A stretch of 37,494 nucleotides of DNA from Novosphingobium sp. GTDB lineage: Bacteria; Pseudomonadota; Alphaproteobacteria; Sphingomonadales; Sphingomonadaceae. Both the position numbers and the translations under genes were made by a program. Position 1 is the first letter of the stretch. Every line of letters begins with the position of its first letter. The notes beneath the pieces are model-generated. The model ran no database searches. It saw nothing but the letters and a program-made list of their open reading frames with translations, and was not told the origin of the DNA. Shown here one piece after another: positions 37,097 through 37,494 of the stretch. The stretch covers positions 1-37,494 of the forward strand of contig JAJTFU010000024.1 in NCBI GenBank assembly GCA_021299075.1, given 5' to 3'.

Positions 37097-37494
37097 ATGG
37101 CCGACAAGGATCCAGCAAGCGATACGGCTGATGCCGGCACTCGCGCCGTCAGGCTGCAGGTGGCCGCCGCGCGTCAGGAAGAGAGCGGGCAGGGCATTGC
37201 CCGCCTGCCCAAGGCGACCATGGGCCGGCTCGGCATTACCGAGGGCGACATCGTCTCGATCGGGGGCAAGCGCTCGACCGCGGCGCGCGCGGTCCTCGCC
37301 TATGCCGAGGACGAGGGGCTGGAAGTGATCCGGCTCGATGGTCTGCAGCGCGCCAATGCCGGGGTCGGTTCGGGTGATCACGTCCAGGTCGATCGGGCGG
37401 AGAGTCGTCCGGCGGCCCGCGTGGTCTTTGCCCCGGCGCAGCAGGACATGCGGCTGCAAGGCCCGGGACAAGCGCTGAAGCGCAACTTCTTCGG
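37097..37494 (+). CDS. CDC48/p97/VAT family AAA+ ATPase (5' part, runs off the window)
   Basis: Not in the ORF track because there is no stop. Reads MADKD..RLQVAAARQEESGQGIARL..LGITEGDIVSIGGKRSTAARA..IRLDGLQRANAGVGSGDHV..PAARVVFAP, the Cdc48 N-terminal double-psi barrel. Confidence 0.85.
   Translation, partial: MADKDPASDTADAGTRAVRLQVAAARQEESGQGIARLPKATMGRLGITEGDIVSIGGKRSTAARAVLAYAEDEGLEVIRLDGLQRANAGVGSGDHVQVDRAESRPAARVVFAPAQQDMRLQGPGQALKRNFF

Noticed and set aside
267-37471. Many long antisense or alternate-frame ORFs (e.g. 267-2111, 3848-6004, 15028-16833, 18821-21262, 22131-23636, 25192-27003, 36914-37471)
   Set aside because: Each shadows a well-supported gene. Stop-poor antisense frames are expected at this GC and codon bias, and the translations show no motifs.
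1-37494. Defence systems, prophage, IS elements, tRNA/rRNA, riboswitches
   Set aside because: Looked for but not seen. All large ORFs are explained by housekeeping or metabolic families and the intergenic gaps are short.

Overview
GC-rich (roughly two-thirds G+C by eye) alphaproteobacterial chromosome segment, most likely Sphingomonadales (Novosphingobium/Erythrobacteraceae-like). That placement is inferred from the crtY-crtI-LOG-crtB order, the hisS-prfA-prmC-DUF4167 run, a bacterial Cdc48 and the repeat types. The window is mostly core or housekeeping DNA with about 39 CDSs: the end of a P450/enoyl-CoA hydratase operon, MipA, two GSTs, DUF885, two L,D-transpeptidases, three GNATs, EamA, ispG, pheA, crtB/LOG/crtI/crtY, ppa, an M61 peptidase, hisS, prfA, prmC, lnt, metK, a ferritin-like/nitronate monooxygenase pair, scoAB, HAD, USP and the start of cdc48. 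I found no rRNA, tRNA, CRISPR array, transposase, integrase or phage gene. I cannot claim a clearly new multi-gene system. The main oddities are: (1) ispG has an in-frame internal deletion that removes the third Cys and the Glu ligand of its [4Fe-4S] cluster; (2) a lower-GC three-gene islet after metK (LysR, AGMO-like sterol desaturase, His-containing membrane protein); (3) an unannotated suhB/MmgR-like sRNA with PhaR-like boxes upstream of cdc48; (4) a 139-bp element with perfect 29-bp inverted repeats and a second branched intergenic element; (5) candidate operators (SahR-like at metK, YtrA-like at DUF885, FixK/Fnr-like at usp). Family names come from motif recognition only; no database search was run.
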